Positions 31,038 through 46,479 of a stretch of DNA of 64,000 nucleotides are shown here, piece by piece. Below the pieces are notes generated by a model. That model did no database searches and was not told the origin of the DNA. It saw only the letters and a list, made by a program, of their open reading frames with translations. Positions within the stretch are counted from its first letter, which is position 1, and every line of letters starts with the position of its first letter. A program made the position numbers and the translations under genes. Source of the DNA: the human T2T-CHM13v2.0 reference genome, Homo sapiens; the NCBI RefSeq assembly GCF_009914755.1, contig NC_060942.1; one strand, 5' to 3'.

Positions 31038-32613
31038 GTCCTAATACAGAATGCTGAACTGGAGCAATATTTCACTTTGATTAAACTATTTAGTCAAGGA
31101 AAGGCAATAGACATAAGCTATTTGTTTCTTCGCTATTTTTGTGTGCTTTTCTACATCATATACATTTCTTTTTCCTGCAGAGTCTAATCTTTTCTACTAT
31201 AACTTGGGACCAACATTGGGCTATTGATTAGGAAGCAGGTGCTTGGCCAGAAAGCCAGTCAAATCTTCTGAAATAAACTTGGTGCTCAGTGGTATGACAT
31301 GCATCATGCTGTACTACCACAGAATCCATCTGTTCAGTGAAAACCATGGACACTAAATTACAATCAATATAATGAAACATGCACTGTAATTATAGTCCTA
31401 TAGACCTATGTTTGACCTTCAGTTCACCTTCTCACAAGTTATATGCCTGATATTTAAGAAACATGCTTACTCTGACATCTTATAATTAAAGTAAGGATAT
31501 CACAAACTATACCAAAGCGTTGTTGTAAGGATCCTAAATAATATTGACTAGAACAGTAACAAAAAAATTCTACTTTCATTTCATGAAAAAGATGATTTAG
31601 AATGTCATTTAATTCTTCATTGATTTAAGATGGTTTTTTATTATAGAATTATTTTTCATCTATGACAGAATTGATTTTATTTATTCTCTGTATTCATACT
31701 ATCATTAATTATTTCCAAAGTGACCAAATTAACACCTAGATAATTAAAAAGTTCATTATCGATATCGTTTACAAATTGGCTCACCTAGGTATACATTTAT
31801 TTTGGTTTTCAAGAAAATCATCATTCCGTTAGTGAGCTAAGAGACTTAATAATACTTGGAAAACCAATGATAGGTACAGCTGTGTTTGAATGATATTTAA
31901 AATCAAACACTACTACTAAACATATATTAAAGATTATCACAAATTAAAACATTTATGAGGACTTCCATTTGTACATATGTTACCTGTATGAAGAAAAAAA
32001 CACACTTTTCTTGTGTGTATATAATATGGAATGAAATAAATGTTTTGAAAGTTTAAAAATACTAAATCTTTTGTCTTTGAAACATCTAAATGTTTAAATT
32101 TCCCAGTCTTATACTGATACAGAAGCCTCTATTAATGTTCATAAAAATCTGAAAAAACAAGACTTTTTTTCCTCTGTAAATGTCATTATTCATAAATGTC
32201 AAGATAAACTTGCTTTGAGTGTTATGCAATTTAACATGTCAAATATCATTGACATCACAAAATCATAGCATGAATAGCATTTGGAGATGCCTAACCAAAC
32301 TTTCTTGTATGTAAAACTCTCAGACATAGCAAAGATAAAGCTGTTTACTTTTCTGGCAAGAGAGTATGTTATGAAAAGTGATATAACAGCATTAACAAAA
32401 TAATACATTGGATTTAAAATGTCACATCCTTTTGCTTCCAGCTTCTCTACTGAATATAGGCATTGGAAAATTACATTCAGCAGAGGACATCATATATTCT
32501 TTGTGACTTAAATATACTATTTAAGCATATTTTTATGGAGCAAATATCTTGTAGAAGACACGTTGTCTTTAGACAGAAAGTTTATAAAGCGTATTTTAAA
32601 ATACAAAGAGTTT

Positions 32614-32977
32614 TGTATTACTTCATTTTCATACTGCTATGAAGAAATACCAGAGACCGGGTGATTTATAAAGAAAAAGAGATTTAAGGGACTGATAGTT
32701 CCACATGCCTGGGGAGGCCTCACAATCATGACAAAAGGCGAAAGACAAGCAAAGTCACATCTTACATGGTGGCAGTCAAGAGAGTGTGTGCAGGGGAACT
32801 GACCTTTATAAAACCATCAGATCTCATGAGACTTATTCACTATCATGAGAATAGCAGGGGAAAAACCCACTACCATGATTCCATTAAGTCTCACTGGGTC
32901 TCTCCCATGACACATGGGGATTATGGGAGCTAGAATTCAAGATGAGATTTGGGTGGGGATACAGCCAAACCATATCA
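32614..32977 (-). mobile_element. THE1 (THE1C-like) MaLR solo LTR
   Basis: TGTATTA...GAGATTTGGGTGGGGATACAGCCAAACCATATCA. Confidence 0.9.
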
Positions 32978-32979
32978 AG

Positions 32980-33346
32980 TGCTATGGACTAAACTGAGTC
33001 TCTGCCAATATTCATATGTTGAAGCTCTAACTCCCAATGTGATGGTATGTGGGCATCAGCTTTTGGGAGGTAATTAGATTTAGAGGCAATCATGAGGGTG
33101 GAACCATAAAGATGGGATTAGTGCCCTTTTAAGAAGAGGAAGAAACCAGAGCTCCCTTTTCTCCAAATGAGGACACAGTCAGAAGGCAATCATTCGCAGG
33201 CCAGGAAAAAAAAGCCCTCACCAAGACCCAAATCTGCTGTTCCTTATCTTGACTCTCCAGCCTCCAGCATTGTGAAATGTACATTTCTATTGTTTAGCCA
33301 AACAATCTGTGGTATTTTGTTATGGCAGCCCTAACAAACTAATACA
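32980..33346 (+). mobile_element. MLT1A/MLT1A0 MaLR solo LTR
   Basis: TGCTATGGACT...ATTCATATGTTGAAGC...GGTATTTTGTTATGGCAGCCC...CTAATACA. Confidence 0.85.
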
Positions 33347-33699
33347 CTATTTAACTTTACTTCATATTTAAGTATTTTAGCTAGGATTAAACCATTCATT
33401 TATTTAAAATATTTATTTGAATTATAAATGCTGGTTTATTACTAAAACAAAAGTCAGAATTTTATTTTTAAGTAGGTTCCCATCAGCTTAACTAATGCCA
33501 CTTGACTGGCAACATTTACCAAATGCTAATTATTTTAAGGCACTGTCATTGACTCCTGAAATAACAAGATTAATTAAGCACAACCCCTCTCCTCAAGTCG
33601 TCTTTGATCTGTCTAAGAATAATTGACAAATATTCCATTATTTTTGTCCAATACAGCAGCCAGGAAACAGGGTAGAGAACCACAGTTTGAGCCCAAGTC

Positions 33700-34058
<359 letters not shown>

Positions 34059-34121
34059 TAGGCAGGCTACGTTATCTGCCTCCTCTAAAACCATCAAATC
34101 ATAACAAAAACTTATCCTAAC

Positions 34122-34123
<2 letters not shown>

Positions 34124-34164
<41 letters not shown>
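34124..34164. repeat. (GA)n microsatellite
   Basis: ~20 perfect GA units. Confidence 0.97.
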
Positions 34165-34167
<3 letters not shown>

Positions 34168-34547
34168 TCTCCAAAGGTTTTTGTCAGAACTCAGGATACT
34201 CCGGTAAGGCCAGTTTCATGTGCTTAGTATGTATTTATTGCAGAAGCTAGATATCTGCTGATGTGGCATAATACTCTCTGCTCTGTTTGGTTGAGTGAGT
34301 CTTTATAACAAGGAATATACCCTGACCCTCAAAATTACAGAGCTGTTTTTGAGGATATCATAAAAGTAATCTTCTTTCTTCCACCCACCAAATTGACCAT
34401 CTATTCCTCACTAACATTACTCCCAGATTCTTCCCTTGCCCAACGGATTTTAAAACATAGCTTCCAATCCCAGATGATCTCTGCTACCTATGTATGTAAG
34501 GTCAAGCCTTTTGTTAATTGTACTACTCACTCTGTTTTCTAGCAGTA

Positions 34548-34575
34548 GTGTGTGTATGTGTGTGTGTGTGTGTGT
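34548..34575. repeat. (TG)n microsatellite
   Basis: TG run. Confidence 0.9.
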
Positions 34576-35739
34576 AGGGTAGTGGTGACTTTGTAACATT
34601 TTCAAGGTTAATGCTTTAAAGACATCTTCGAGTAGCAGTTTTCAGGCTCTATAAAATCTAAAACTTCCCTCAACAAAGAAATTAATTGGAGTTACTTATG
34701 TCAAAGGTCCCACTTCCATCTATCATGTCATCATAAGAATGCTAGCATGGCATTTTCCTTTCTTGCATGAATGCCAAATGTTAGTCATGAGGCTGCACAG
34801 AGGATGCATCAGAAGCTAAGTATCCAGCCTAAGAAAACCGGAGGTGAGATTCATGTTCTCCTGAGTTACTGAGTATTCCAGCTTTTACTAAGACTGCTTT
34901 TTAAGTCCTAGTCTGGGTTTCTTTTTTGTTTGAAAAAGAAACTTTCAAAGAAAAAAAAGTATCCTTCATCTGATTGTGCTGATGTAGGTCAAGTATTACA
35001 CTTGGGACATGTTCCCGTTGGCCCTCACAGGAATTAGGATAGGTTATCTGAACTGTGCCTCTTAAAACCAGCATTTATTTTAAGTTTACAAAGGAACTGA
35101 CTCACCAAAGAAATTGTTAGGATGAAAGAGTCAGGAGTAATAATGCCCAAGTTGCTACATTTGGTCATGTGAGCTAAAATACATCAATATTTTAGAAGGA
35201 ATATACTTACAGCAAAAAGATTGTAGTGAAGAATATGTCAGCTTGAGGTTTACATTTCAGACGCCAGTGGAGACAATTTGAGAACTTTGGCATACTGATG
35301 GATACATGGAACTTAGGAGAGGTAAAGTGGACTGTCATTAGAGAATCAGGAGTCTCTGTAAAGAAGCCATAATTGCACTACTATATGCACTAAAGGATGG
35401 AACAGGTGATCAACCAAATAATAGTGTATGAAGAAAGAAAAAGAAAACATGAACAAAAGAATAATGACTTACAAAATAATACATTGGCAGGAGGCTGAGG
35501 ATGTGGGAGTTAAGAGGAGAGAATGATGTTAAGTCAATTATGGTAAATGAGCATTTCAAAGAGAAGGAAGTGGTCCACGAATTCACCTACTGCAGAATAA
35601 AGTCAGTTAATGAAAAAGTGAAAAAGGACCAGGGGAAATAGAAATGAAAATACCACATAACTATGCAACATTGCCAAACAATTCAAAACATGCTGTCTTT
35701 GAGGTCAGAAAGGTTTAAACTTAAAGACTGGAGTGATAA

Positions 35740-35880
35740 ACTTTCTAATTCTGAGACCGCAAGTTATTTAACCTACTTAAACCTGAGTTTCTCCCTCCAT
35801 AAAAATGGAAATACTATTCTAACCTTTTTGAGGCTAAAAGGAAAGAACAATTGTAAACAACTTGATAAGTATGAATAGCT
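35740..35880 (+). mobile_element. MIR fragment
   Basis: GCAAGTTATTTAACCT...CTGAGTTTCTCCCTCCATAAAAATGGAAATA core. Confidence 0.55.
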
Positions 35881-36159
35881 TTCAGCTATCACCTGGACTG
35901 TAATCAAATGCCTCATAAATAAGTATATAAGATTCCATAGGAAACTGAACTGAAACCAGGTGCTCCTTTCACTCCAACCTTCAACCTCAGGTGTCAATAA
36001 TGACAGGAACTTGTATTCAGAATTGCTCAAACTCTACTACTCGTTTTAATTTCCCTTCCCGAGCGTGAAGCATGCACGTAGCAGCTTCCACTTCAGAATT
36101 ATTTAAATCAACTACTTTAAAATTTCTAAATTTAATCTTGACTAGTATCTGAAGGAAAA

Positions 36160-36425
36160 TTTCCTTCCCCCATCCCACTCTTTTCTTTTCCTTCCTCCTC
36201 CTTTCTCTCTTTCTTTCTTTCTTTCTCTTTTTCTCTCCTTCTTTCCTTCCTTCCTTCTTTTTCTTTCTTTTGTTCTCTTTTTTCCTTTTTTCCTTTCTTT
36301 CTCCCTTCCTTCCCTCCTTCCTTTCTCTCTTTCTCTTTCTTTTTCTCTTTCTTTCCCTTTCTTTCCTTTCTTTCTCTCTCTCCCACCCTTCCTTCCTTCC
36401 GTTATTTTTCTCTTCCTTCTTTTCA
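36160..36425. repeat. Polypyrimidine (CTTT/CCTT) tract
   Basis: ~260 bp almost free of purines on the + strand. Confidence 0.95.
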
Positions 36426-37020
36426 TTGAGAGGAAATTTTAGTGACTTCCTCTTTGCTAAAATTCCACATGACTCTAGAGTGACTTATGAAGCATCCAAG
36501 AGGCTTAGGGAACGATTTTTCAGCGGGTTCTTTCTCCATCCCATGCTCGTCTTTCTCTGACTTATTCTACTTTTTTTTAATCTCTGTTTCTCTTCCTACT
36601 GTTCCTTATTTATCCCACCTTCTTTCTACTCTCTTTCTTCTCCCCTTCTTTCCTTTAGGACCTCAAGAAATCAACTAGAGAGCATTTTTAAACCTCCCCT
36701 TTTAATAAGAGGATGATAATTCACGTGTTGTTTGTGTCAGTGATTCCAATACAGGAGCAGGCTGTTTGCAGGCAAATAATGGGATGCCCAAAATGAAACT
36801 ACAGGAAGAATCTTGGGATGAGCTGGAGACTTACAAAACTTCTCGTGTTCATATAACATAACGCAGCCTTGAGCATCCACAAAGGAACACAACAAACACG
36901 CTTCTTGAAATGTGTATTACACTTTAAATGAAAGACTTTAATAAACTCTTTCCACCTAGCCTTTCTCTGTATTCTTCAGTTATTATATCAGTATTTTAAA
37001 CAAGAACAAATCATAGGTAA

Positions 37021-37351
<331 letters not shown>

Positions 37352-37564
37352 GGTTTTTGTTTTAACTTTAATATTTATCTTTGAGACTTTAAACTCTTAA
37401 GAGCCTAGTTTCAGAACTTAAAGAAATTAGTGCTATCTAGAATGTCTTGGCACAAATTCAATATCTCAACATTTTATAAAACTCATAGAATGAGACAGAT
37501 GGAATATGACTTGTCAGGATGCAACATTATCATTTCTCAACTAGTACTATTGTTGGACACGTGA

Positions 37565-37878
<314 letters not shown>

Positions 37879-38031
37879 AACAAAATATTTTATTTGTGAT
37901 CCCTTTCGAGTATTTCATATTTCAAAATAAATAAAAATAGTATGATTCAAATTTTAAAATAAAGCTTGAAAATATTTTAAGGTAACACTAAATTTCTTAA
38001 AAGAAATAGCTTTTATAAAGATTTAGAAGAG

Positions 38032-39497
<1,466 letters not shown>

Positions 39498-40419
39498 ACT
39501 TATCTGACAAAGGGTTAATATCCAGAATCTACAAAGAACTCAAACCAATTTACAAGAAAAAAACAAACAACCTCATCACAAAGTGGGCAAAGGATATGAA
39601 CAGACACTTCTCAAAAGAAAACATTTATGTGGCGAACAGACACAATGAAAAAATGCTCATCATCACTGGTCATCAGAGAAATCAAATCAAAACCACAATG
39701 AGATACCATCTCACACCAGTTAGAATGGCGATCATTAAAAGTCAGGAAATAACAGGTGCTGGAGAGGATGTGGAGAAATAGGAACACTTTTACACTGTTG
39801 GTGGGAGTATAAACTAGTTCAACCATTGTGGAAGACGGTGTGGCGATTCCTCAAGGATCTAGAACTAGAAATACCATTTGACCCAGCCAACCCATTACTG
39901 GGTATATACCCAAAGGATTATAAATCATGCTGCTATAAAGACACATGCACATGTATGTTTATTGCGGCACTATTCACAATAGCAAAGACTTGGAACCAAC
40001 CCAAATATCCATCAATGATAGACTGGATTAAGAAAAGGTGGCACATATACACTATGGAATACTATGCAGCCATACAAAAAGATGAGTTCATGTCCTTTGA
40101 AGGGACATGGATGAAGCTGGAAACCATCATTCTGAGCAAACTATTGCAAGGACAGACAACCAAACACCACATGTTCTCACTCATAGGTGGGAATTGCACA
40201 ATCAGAATACTTGGACACAGGAAGGGGAACATCACACACTGGGGCCTGTCGTGGGGTCGGGGGGAGGTGGGAGGGGGGAGGGATGGCATTAGGAGATATA
40301 CCTAATGTAAATGACAAGTTAATGGGTGCAGCACACCAACATGGCACATGTATACATATGTAACAAACCTGCACGTTGTGCACATGTACCCTAGAACTTA
40401 AAGTATAATTTAAAAAAAA
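39498..40419 (+). mobile_element. Sense 3' segment of the L1PA5-like element
   Basis: ORF2 C-terminus; 3'UTR ATGTAAATGAC.AGTTAATGGGTGCAGCACACCAAC...CCCTAGAACTTAAAGTATAA; A8 tail. Confidence 0.95.
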
Positions 40420-41337
40420 GATATAGAAGAGACTTTTAAAAAGGAAATTTCACATGGATTGCTGTTTCAGTGATAATTAAAATAAATGATATCTGTCTTT
40501 GGGTTAAAAGAGGAGGAAAGGTTCATGCTTATCTCTGTTTTGCCACTTCTCATTCCATCATGTTGGCCTCTAGGGCTTCTCTCTGGGTCTTCGTCCAATT
40601 GTAATACAAAAAACAACAATGTAATGATGACATCCATGAATTTAATTCTTTTTTCATTTATTTATTTATGTATTTATTTTTCAAATTTTAGCACTTTAAC
40701 TTCAGGTCATTAGGTTTTTGAGCTGTTCATAAAAATTTGAAATATTTATTGTTATTATTTCTCTTTCATACATATATATATTTCACTCCACTCTTTTTAT
40801 CTCTGGCATCCCTTCTACATTGTAGTTCTTTGCTCATTCTCTGAATGCCTGAAAAACAGCAATTTTCTAACTTCCACATCCAAATTTTTACGTTACTTTT
40901 TTGTATCATACAATCTAGTACTTTTATTGTGGAAAGAAATTCTGTCTTGCTTGCTTGTCTTTTTTTCTTCTTCTTCTTCTTCTTTTGAAAGAAAACACAA
41001 TTAACTTTTATCTACCAAAAGATTTCATGCAACTTAAAGGTAAGGACCACATTTTGTTATCTCTGGTTTCTGAGCTAGCGTTTTTTGTATATCTTATGCA
41101 ACTCCTTACAATCAAGGAAAACACAATAGCAACAAGAACAACAAATAAGCTGGCTTTGACTCTATCTTTAAATGGAGGTACATTCAGAGAAATGATGGCC
41201 TATTACCCAAAAATGTTTGAAACAAATTCCTTGTATTTTATCTAAGTATGGAAAAAATGCTAAGAGGCTGAATACCTTATACACATTAAAAATAACAAAC
41301 CAAGTTTGAAATCCTTTCTCCATCTTCACTGCCATGT

Positions 41338-41578
41338 CAGCATAGAGTCTAAAGTGAGGCAGGTGAGGCAAGAGAGCCATGAGCCTAACGTGCAAAACTT
41401 AAGCAGGCACCAACAATCTCAATTGTAAACATAAGTCATGTTAATTTCAATGCACTATTGAAAAATCAAAGTTCATTTGATGAAATGCATGATAAACAAA
41501 ATATTGAAATTTCACATAAAGACCCAAACTTGCACGTGAACAACTCACTTTCCTCCTATCACCCCAGCCAAGCCCCTG
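41338..41578 (+). mobile_element. hAT-type DNA transposon remnant, MER96B-like
   Basis: GTGAGGCAGGTGAGGCA...GCAAAACTTAAG...ATGATAAACAAAATATTGAAATTT...CCCTG. Confidence 0.6.
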
Positions 41579-41677
41579 TTTGTTGCCACCAATTCTTGTT
41601 CACATATACTGGTAACAAGTGATCCAAATTCTTACTCTCAATACACACTAAGCTACAAATACAACAAACACAGCCCT

Positions 41678-41679
<2 letters not shown>

Positions 41680-41716
<37 letters not shown>

Positions 41717-41717
41717 A
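41680..41717. repeat. (CA)n microsatellite
   Basis: CA run. Confidence 0.95.
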
Positions 41718-42039
41718 ACTTTTCCCTCCAATCCTATTCAAGTAGTAAAGTGAGTTGTCTAACTGCTCTTTCCTTTAGTACACATTAGCCATTAGGTATA
41801 ATACTGTGTCTTCTTGGGTTTATTTATTTTTCTAAGTCCCCTTATAAACTAGTTTACGCACAACGAAGCCAGGCCCAGTAAATGTCCCAGTGAGCGAGAC
41901 TGTAATTCTTAGAGAAGTTGTGCCCATCATCTATAAGAAAGACATGCAATATAGATTCATATAATGACAATGTCAAATGAGCTTACATTCATAAACATGT
42001 GTTTGGTTTTTAAGCATTTTCACTTATGGTTCTTGTGTG

Positions 42040-42200
42040 CTTCTCCCCTGTGAGTGACATAAGGATTGTATTGTTATTACTAACATTACAGATTAGAAAA
42101 CTGAAGTACGGAAAGGTAAAATAACTTGTTCAAGTCAACATATCTAAAAAGTATCTGTATTTAGTGGATGTGTTGGATAACCCAATCTTAACGCACCTTT
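42040..42200 (-). mobile_element. MIR fragment
   Basis: TTACAGATTAGAAAACTGAAGTACGGAAAGGTAAAATAACTTGTTCAAGTCA. Confidence 0.6.
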
Positions 42201-43989
42201 TTTTCCTTTGGAATTTCATATTGGAAGAAAAGGGATTTAACTCATAATTGCAGAATTATTATTCATATTAGTGCTTCTTATATATTGTAAGAAATCCAAT
42301 ATTGGAATAGGACATAAGTATGCATTGCTGTATAACAGCAATTATTCTGACTGTACCAAATAAACCAAAAAAATATAAAACTGGTTTGTGTCTATGTTTC
42401 CATTCAGTTTGACAACAATGATGGTATGTGCTGTCAAAAAAAAAAAAAAGAGCTGGCACCATCACAAAATATTTTTTCTTCCTTTTGGGTTGATTTGTGT
42501 GTCAAAATGATAAACTAATTGTGCAAGGAGAATCAGCATTTAGGGTGGTGTCTATTTTACCTGTCACATCCGTCTGTATTGCCAAAGTGTAAGCTGATAA
42601 AAATGCCTGAAGACTTTCCTTATCAGCCAGCAATAGTCCTGATTTTAAAGAAGGAAAAACTAGGCGCAAGGCAAGATGTTCAGGAAATAATGTAATGATG
42701 ATCATCCTGAAAACAGTGGAAGCAACTTTTTGAATCTATATCCATTTTACGACAAACTCTTATAACTGAAAGAAAATCAGAATGATGAAAATTATTAAGT
42801 ATCCATTTTTAAAAATATTCTTCCATACTCCATACCAAAGTACTCACTTAAGAACTTAAGATGCAGCCATTAAGGAAAGGGGTCATACCCCTCTGGAATG
42901 CAAAAATAATGTCTCAAATAATTTTCTAAAATAGCCCAAAGCAGCTCAAGTAGTTTCAGATTGCTTCAGGCATTCTTAAATTCCTAACTGACAAGCATTA
43001 CAGAATTCGGCTGTAATCATCTTTCTCATTCAAGAAAAAGTTAATAATTGCAAAAATAGAAACCAGCATCCCACATTTGCACATTTTAAAATGGAGAACA
43101 AAGGATACAATGCCCTCCAGCTCATATATATCTTTGAACAAAATTGTTAAATAGTGCTGACTGGAGAAAAATAACCAAATGGATTTCATCAGACAGTTCT
43201 GAGACTAGAAGGCATAACCTTCTTTAACGATGGCACCTGGGAAAAAATTGCAGCAGTTATTATAGTTGAGTGAAAATTATCATACTTTTGTGAATATTTT
43301 TGAAAAGTGGTCTGTTTTTTTCTCCCTCAAAATCAAGAAAAGGTAGTTTAATGAGTTTAATGAGCCTGAATCATTAAACAAAACTAGAACTCATACCAAC
43401 GTCTAGTAGATCTCATTGTAGCAAGATATTGTTGAAAATAATTTGGTGTATTTTTTATATTTACTGGCAGCCAATAACCTGAGTGGGTGCATTTATGACT
43501 TGCTCACAGTGAATGACGCCAAAGGTATTTTATACTTCATACTCACTTAAGGTGGACAGAATGTTAGAGAGCCTCACATATCTTCCAACACAAGAAATGT
43601 TAGTAAATAATCCCCAAAGACAATCATTCACTTTCAGCATGCACTACTGCTAGCAAATGAAAAGCTCACTAGCTGACTTCTCTAGTGGTGCAGAAAATCT
43701 ATCCTTCGATTTTTTTTATTATTTTTTGGCAGAATCTGCCATCTTCTAAGCTCTTCTCATTGTTCTTATGTCTGTCTTACGGGACATCCCTGAATAATTA
43801 TAGTACCATTTCCAAATAGCAGGCCACCAAATCTAGAAGCCTCTATGCCCACGTTCCTATGGCTTCTAATTCCACCATTTGAATATCTCCAATTTTCTCA
43901 ACTGTTGCATTTATAACATACAAATTAGACACCTAAACGTCACCTCAAATCCCCCATTGCTTTCTTACATGTTTTACAATCTTGTGAAA

Positions 43990-45180
43990 CACAGGGAGTG
44001 ATCATAGAAATTCAAATTTATGTTGCATACAAAAACAGAGTTTATTTCAAACCTAACACAGTGGAACTAAGCTCCCAACAGTCAGGACGTCCCGATCTCC
44101 ATTACTGGAAACTCTACTTTTGCTGTTATTTTCTTTTCTCTCCTGTCTCTCAGTCTCTTCCTCTCTCCACATTCAATATGGTGGGCAATCTTATTTTTTT
44201 CATCTTCAAAGTACATTCAGAATTTGACCACCTCTCACCTCCCCTGCTGCTATATCATGAGTCCAAGTGAAAAATCATATTTTGCCCGAATTATTGTCAT
44301 AAACTCTGAACCATGCTCCTGAAAATTTCCTTGTCATTCAATGTTCTTATCACAACCCAATATTCTTACTACAGTGATCTTATTAAGCCATATGGAGCTC
44401 ATGTCACTGCTTTGCTGGAAATCCTTTTGTGTTTTCCCTTCTCTCACAGAGGAAAGGACAGTCGTGTTGGCAAACTTTAGGGCCCATCATGACCTGCTCT
44501 GTTTCCGTGCAGTGTTAGCTCTCTGAGCTCAGATGCTCATACTCTAAGACTGCCCTTCCTCCTCTCACTCTGATCTAACACCACCTGTCTCCTTGTTATA
44601 TCTGAAAAGGACAGGTACATTAACACTTTAGGGCAGGCTTTTTCAGGATTGACACTGCTGATCCTTTGAGCTGGGTAAATTTTTGCTGTAGGGGACTGTA
44701 TTGTGCACTCCTAACCTCTACTCATTAGATACCAGTAGCAAGCCCTGTCTCAATTTGTGAGAACCAAAAATATATCCAGACACTGATAAGTGTCTCCTGG
44801 GGATCAAAACAGTTAAGAATCACTGTCCTAGGGTCTTTGTATTGGATGTTCATCTTCTTAGAACGCAATTTAACATTATATGTAGCCTCACTTTCTTCTG
44901 TAATTTAGTCAAATATGTTTTCACGGAAGCTTTTTCTGGTCAAAGCAACAAAAATGTAACACCTCATTTTATATTATTTTCTGTTTTGTTGTTGTTGTTT
45001 ATCCATAGCTAATAAACTTTTTATATTATTAGTTGTTTATTTGTTTCATCTCACTAGAATTTAAGATCTGTGCTCTGTCTCTTTTGATCCCTAATGCTTT
45101 TCCAGTCTTTAAAACATTGGCACGTAGCAAAAATGCCAATTTACATTTATTGAATGAATAAATTCGTGAACAAATGAATT
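43990..45180 (+). mobile_element. L2 3' portion (L2a-like), interrupted by MER20
   Basis: TCTTCAAAGTACATTCAGAATTTGACCACCTCTCACC...; ends TTTATTGAATGAATAAAT. Confidence 0.7.
44634..44825. mobile_element. MER20 (hAT-Charlie)
   Basis: CAG...CTG ends; AACCAAAAATATATCCAGACACTG; 8-bp TSD-like CTTTAGGG/TCCTAGGG. Confidence 0.75.
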
Positions 45181-46479
45181 AGCGAGTTATAGAGTTACTT
45201 TTGCATATTCCAGGAATTTCACTGCTGCAAATGGAAAAGAATGAAACACAGACTGCCAATCAAGGCAGCATGAGTTTCATTCATAAGAAACTCATTTAAT
45301 TTTTCCACAGCAAGTCAACTTTTCATAAGGTTGGAAATATGGAGAATAAATAAATGGGAAGATACTTTCTGGCATCTTCCTTTGCTCATCTCATGATGAA
45401 TGTAATTATGCATTTCTATTGCTAAAAATTATTCATAGACCAGTAATGCGTACAAGATAATTTTTGGAATAAATAGAAATTATTAGAACTATCACTCAAT
45501 TTATACTGACAGATTCTCACCTATATCAGATGCCTAACAAATCAAGAGTATTTGTATGTTTTCTGTACTATTTCTTTTATGTAAATGGAAGGAAATGTAA
45601 AAGTTGTGCGTGTGTTTTAGCTTCTACCTCAAATAGAAATGCTGGGACCGTGTGCACAATCATTTGGTATTTATTTGAAGAATTTAACATCTGACTCCGA
45701 GGGTAAGCATTTATAGATGTACTTTATGATCACTGCATGAAGAGTTTGGATTGTAATGTGGTACAAAAAGATGTGCCTGAAACCTTTTTCGCATTGCAAA
45801 CATCAAATGGAGTGGAAGACAGATGGGGTTCACAATTTTAAGGAAACAGTATAAGCCCCTAATGCTGGAAATTAGTTCATGTGCTCAACAGCTGCTGACG
45901 TTAGGAAATCAGCCCCTGGATGGGATGCCTGCAGCATCAGATCTCTGTGAGAGACAAGAACACAAAGTTTTCACTGGTCGGAGCAAAACCAGTGACTTCT
46001 TTCTTGAGCAAGATCCCTGAAGTCTCCTTAACCATTAACTATCAGAAAGAAGGGCTGAAGAATGACAAAGGCACACACAGGCACCCACATAGACAAAATA
46101 GAAAATAAATGACAGAGGAGGGGTACACATTGGAAAATACTACACCAAGGCAAAAGAAAGCTCTAGTCAAATCTATTTTTTTTAGCGTTTGAAGAAAATA
46201 ATGAAAATATATCCTAGTAAAAGGCCATAACCAGGGATTCTATAAGGGATTCTATAAGAATAATGATGCAACAATAAGTAATAGAAATATGTAATTTTGG
46301 TGCAGAAAGGAAAGAAATTAATGAGTGATAGAAAGATTTTGAAGAAATGAATTGACCCCACAACCAGTCTGAAATTATAAGAGGCTACAAGTATTTGATT
46401 TTTTTGCTCTTCCCTCTCCAAAGGCATTAATCACCAAAGATCAGGCACTGATTTGAGGACCTTGAAAGGCATTGGGAAA

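Noticed and set aside
36132-36678. K/E/R-rich and F/S/L-rich ORFs
   Set aside because: Translations of the polypyrimidine tract
40240-40285. G-quadruplex-like G-runs (also 21074-21120)
   Set aside because: Standard L1 3'UTR feature
46234-46258. Short tandem duplications (GGGATTCTATAA x2; also ~9196-9230 and ~43346-43365)
   Set aside because: Ordinary slippage events
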